Shown: positions 62,142-64,000 of the stretch, piece by piece | Position numbering within the stretch: the first letter of the stretch is position 1 | How the letters are laid out: each line of letters starts with the position of its first letter | DNA from: a virus | Lineage: Duplodnaviria; Caudoviricetes | IMG/VR virus record: IMGVR_UViG_3300011242_000003 | Location: 32,001 to 96,000 of that record | Direction: 5' to 3' (one strand) | DNA: 64,000 nucleotides | Made by a program: the position numbers and the translations under genes | The notes under the pieces: generated by a model | Seen by the model: the letters and a program-made list of their open reading frames with translations, nothing else | What the model was told of the DNA's origin: nothing | Databases searched by the model: none

Positions 62142-63152
62142 ATGGGATTTCAAAAAGCAAGAAGAGAAGATATTTGGATAAAATCATTAAGCATAGCACC
62201 TTCAGGAGCAGGTAAGACATACTCAAATCTAAGATTAGCTACAGGTGTTGCAAAGGCTATAAAGGAAGCCACAGGGGAAGAGGCGAGAATAGCATTTATA
62301 GAAAGTGAATCTAAAAGGTCTACATATTATGCAGATGAGTTTGATTTTGATATGTTAGAAATTAAAGCACCATTCACACCTGAAAAGTACATAGACGCAA
62401 TAGACGAAGCAATAGATGGTGGATATAAAATATTAGTTATAGATTCATTATCTCATGAGTGGAATGGAAAGGGTGGATTATTAGAAGTACATTCAAATAT
62501 GCCTGGAAATTCATATACTAACTGGTCTAAGATAACACCTAGACATGAAAAATTCACAGATAAAGTTATTGATTCACCTATACATATATTTGCAACCGTA
62601 AGAGGAAAGGATAAGTATGTTCTTGAAGAACAAAACGGAAAGCAAGTACCAAGAAAAGTAGGAGTAGGATATCAACAAAGGGATGATTTAGAATATTTAT
62701 TCACAGTAGCATTTACTTTAGAACAAGATACACATTATTTTAATACTGTTAAAGATAATACACATTTATTTGAAGATAGACATGAGATAATTACGGAAAA
62801 AGATGGAGAATTGTTATATAAGTGGGCAGTAGGAGGAGATGTGAAAGCTAAGAAGGCAGAGTTAGAAAAAGCCAAAGAAGAAGCAAAAGCTAAAATAGCA
62901 TTAAACGCAGAAGATGAAGCTAAAAAAATGGCTGATGAAGTAGAAAAGAAAAAGAAGAAACAGCAAAATAAATTGTCTTTAGATGAATTAAAAGCAGACA
63001 TACTTATTAAATGCAAAGAGTTATCAGACAATGGGAAAAGAAGTGATGTAATATCAACGCTTAAAGAATTAAACTCTAGCCCAAATCCTAATGATATAAC
63101 AAGTAAATCAGTAGCAGAAAAAGTTATAGAAGCGTTTGAAAAATTAGCTTAA
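62142..63152 (+). CDS. AAA_24 / Sak4-like P-loop ATPase
   Basis: APSGAGKT, VIDSLSHEW, LEYLF. Confidence 0.8.
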   Translation: MGFQKARREDIWIKSLSIAPSGAGKTYSNLRLATGVAKAIKEATGEEARIAFIESESKRSTYYADEFDFDMLEIKAPFTPEKYIDAIDEAIDGGYKILVIDSLSHEWNGKGGLLEVHSNMPGNSYTNWSKITPRHEKFTDKVIDSPIHIFATVRGKDKYVLEEQNGKQVPRKVGVGYQQRDDLEYLFTVAFTLEQDTHYFNTVKDNTHLFEDRHEIITEKDGELLYKWAVGGDVKAKKAELEKAKEEAKAKIALNAEDEAKKMADEVEKKKKKQQNKLSLDELKADILIKCKELSDNGKRSDVISTLKELNSSPNPNDITSKSVAEKVIEAFEKLA

Positions 63153-63210
63153 ATTAAAAATAGCCCATGTCTTGTATAGGATGTGGGCTTATATTAAAGT
63201 AGGTGATAAA

Positions 63211-63660
63211 TTGAAATGTAGATATTCTTATTGTAAACACAACAATGAAGTTAATAAAGAGGATGCTGTAAAAGAAGGTAATTCTTATTATCATAAAGAT
63301 TGTTTAAAAGAAAAGCAATTAAAATCTGAAATAGAGAGTTATTTTCTAAGTAATATGCCCTCTACTACAATGCAGTTACTTAGAAAAGTTATTAAGCAAC
63401 TTATACATGAAAAACATTATTCTGCCGAATATGTATTATTTGTATTAAAATATATAAAAAACAATAATAAACCTATAAACAATCCTTTTGGGTTGATAAA
63501 TTATTGTGGAGATAACAGAATATATACTTTATTTAATAAACAAGAAATAAATAAGAAATTTAAAGAAATAGATATGGGTACAGAATATATACCAAAAGAA
63601 GAGTCAGAGGTTAAATTTACTTACAAAAATAGCAATAAGAAGATTACAGATATAATATAG
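63211..63660 (+). CDS. Zn-binding replication-module protein (possible helicase loader)
   Basis: AGGTGA RBS plus TTG; CRYSYC...HKDC; sits before dnaB. Confidence 0.55.
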   Translation: MKCRYSYCKHNNEVNKEDAVKEGNSYYHKDCLKEKQLKSEIESYFLSNMPSTTMQLLRKVIKQLIHEKHYSAEYVLFVLKYIKNNNKPINNPFGLINYCGDNRIYTLFNKQEINKKFKEIDMGTEYIPKEESEVKFTYKNSNKKITDII

Positions 63661-63671
63661 GTGGTGATTTA

Positions 63672-64000
63672 ATGAAGATTAATGATATTAAAAAATTTGA
63701 AAAGTTATATAAAATAGAATTACCTAGAGACGATATATCTGAAACAGGAGTAATCGGGACAATATTAGTTCATCCAGAATTTATTTATACTACTGAATAT
63801 CTTAAACCTAATCAGTTTTATAATAGAGAATTGGCGTGTATATATCATATAATTAACAATCTTATGGGTAAGGGAATTACAGAGATTGATAATTTTATGA
63901 TATTGACAGAAATAGAAGGAAATAAAGGATTTAAAAATATTATAAATGAATATGAGGATATATCTAGGGACATATGTGGATGGTTAGATAGTTTAAGACT
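63672..64000 (+). CDS. dnaB: DnaB-like replicative helicase, N-terminal part (3'-truncated)
   Basis: SETGVIGTILVHPEF...LKPNQFYNRELACIY..I..L..KG...ID. Confidence 0.8.
   Translation, partial: MKINDIKKFEKLYKIELPRDDISETGVIGTILVHPEFIYTTEYLKPNQFYNRELACIYHIINNLMGKGITEIDNFMILTEIEGNKGFKNIINEYEDISRDICGWLDSLR

Noticed and set aside
3181-63031. Many short ORFs antisense to or overlapping long genes (e.g. 3181..3402, 5328..5627, 42421..42768, 47587..48105, 54243..54689, 62735..63031)
   Set aside because: They are shadows of well-supported genes, rich in F/L/S/I, with no RBS
1-64000. tRNA, rRNA or virion structural genes
   Set aside because: None recognised in this window

Overview
Very AT-rich segment of a large temperate Firmicutes (most likely clostridial) phage or prophage with an SPbeta-like layout. 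From left to right: the C-terminal part of a tubulin/TubZ-like gene; a Mrr-like nuclease, FtsK ATPase and Replication-relaxation module; a Rep-like HTH gene beside an origin-like repeat cluster; a ParB/ORF6C pair; a 2.3-kb non-coding region with a sharp strand-skew switch; and a long co-oriented array of small early or accessory genes. Next comes an SPbeta-type lysogeny block (tyrosine recombinase, XRE, SOS-box gene, YopQ-like, MrpR/YopR-like), directly followed by a MazF-like RNase, a TPR protein and a secreted tandem-repeat peptide. The rest holds accessory cargo (HNH-AP2, TnpB, guanylate kinase, MTase+SNF2 helicase, DUF262, FtsH, a 12-repeat Zn-finger protein, CoiA, RusA, an MCP domain, a radical SAM pair) and the start of the replication operon (SSB, AAA ATPase, DnaB). 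Two candidate undescribed systems stand out. (1) A putative peptide-controlled MazF module, possibly an arbitrium-like phage communication system with no DNA-binding receptor. (2) At least 26 TAAAW-N6-WTTTA sites at gene boundaries, which bracket accessory genes as if they were integron-like cassettes. Also seen: a 22-bp operator at most sigma-A promoters and a hammerhead ribozyme. All functional calls come from motif recognition by eye; no database searches were run.
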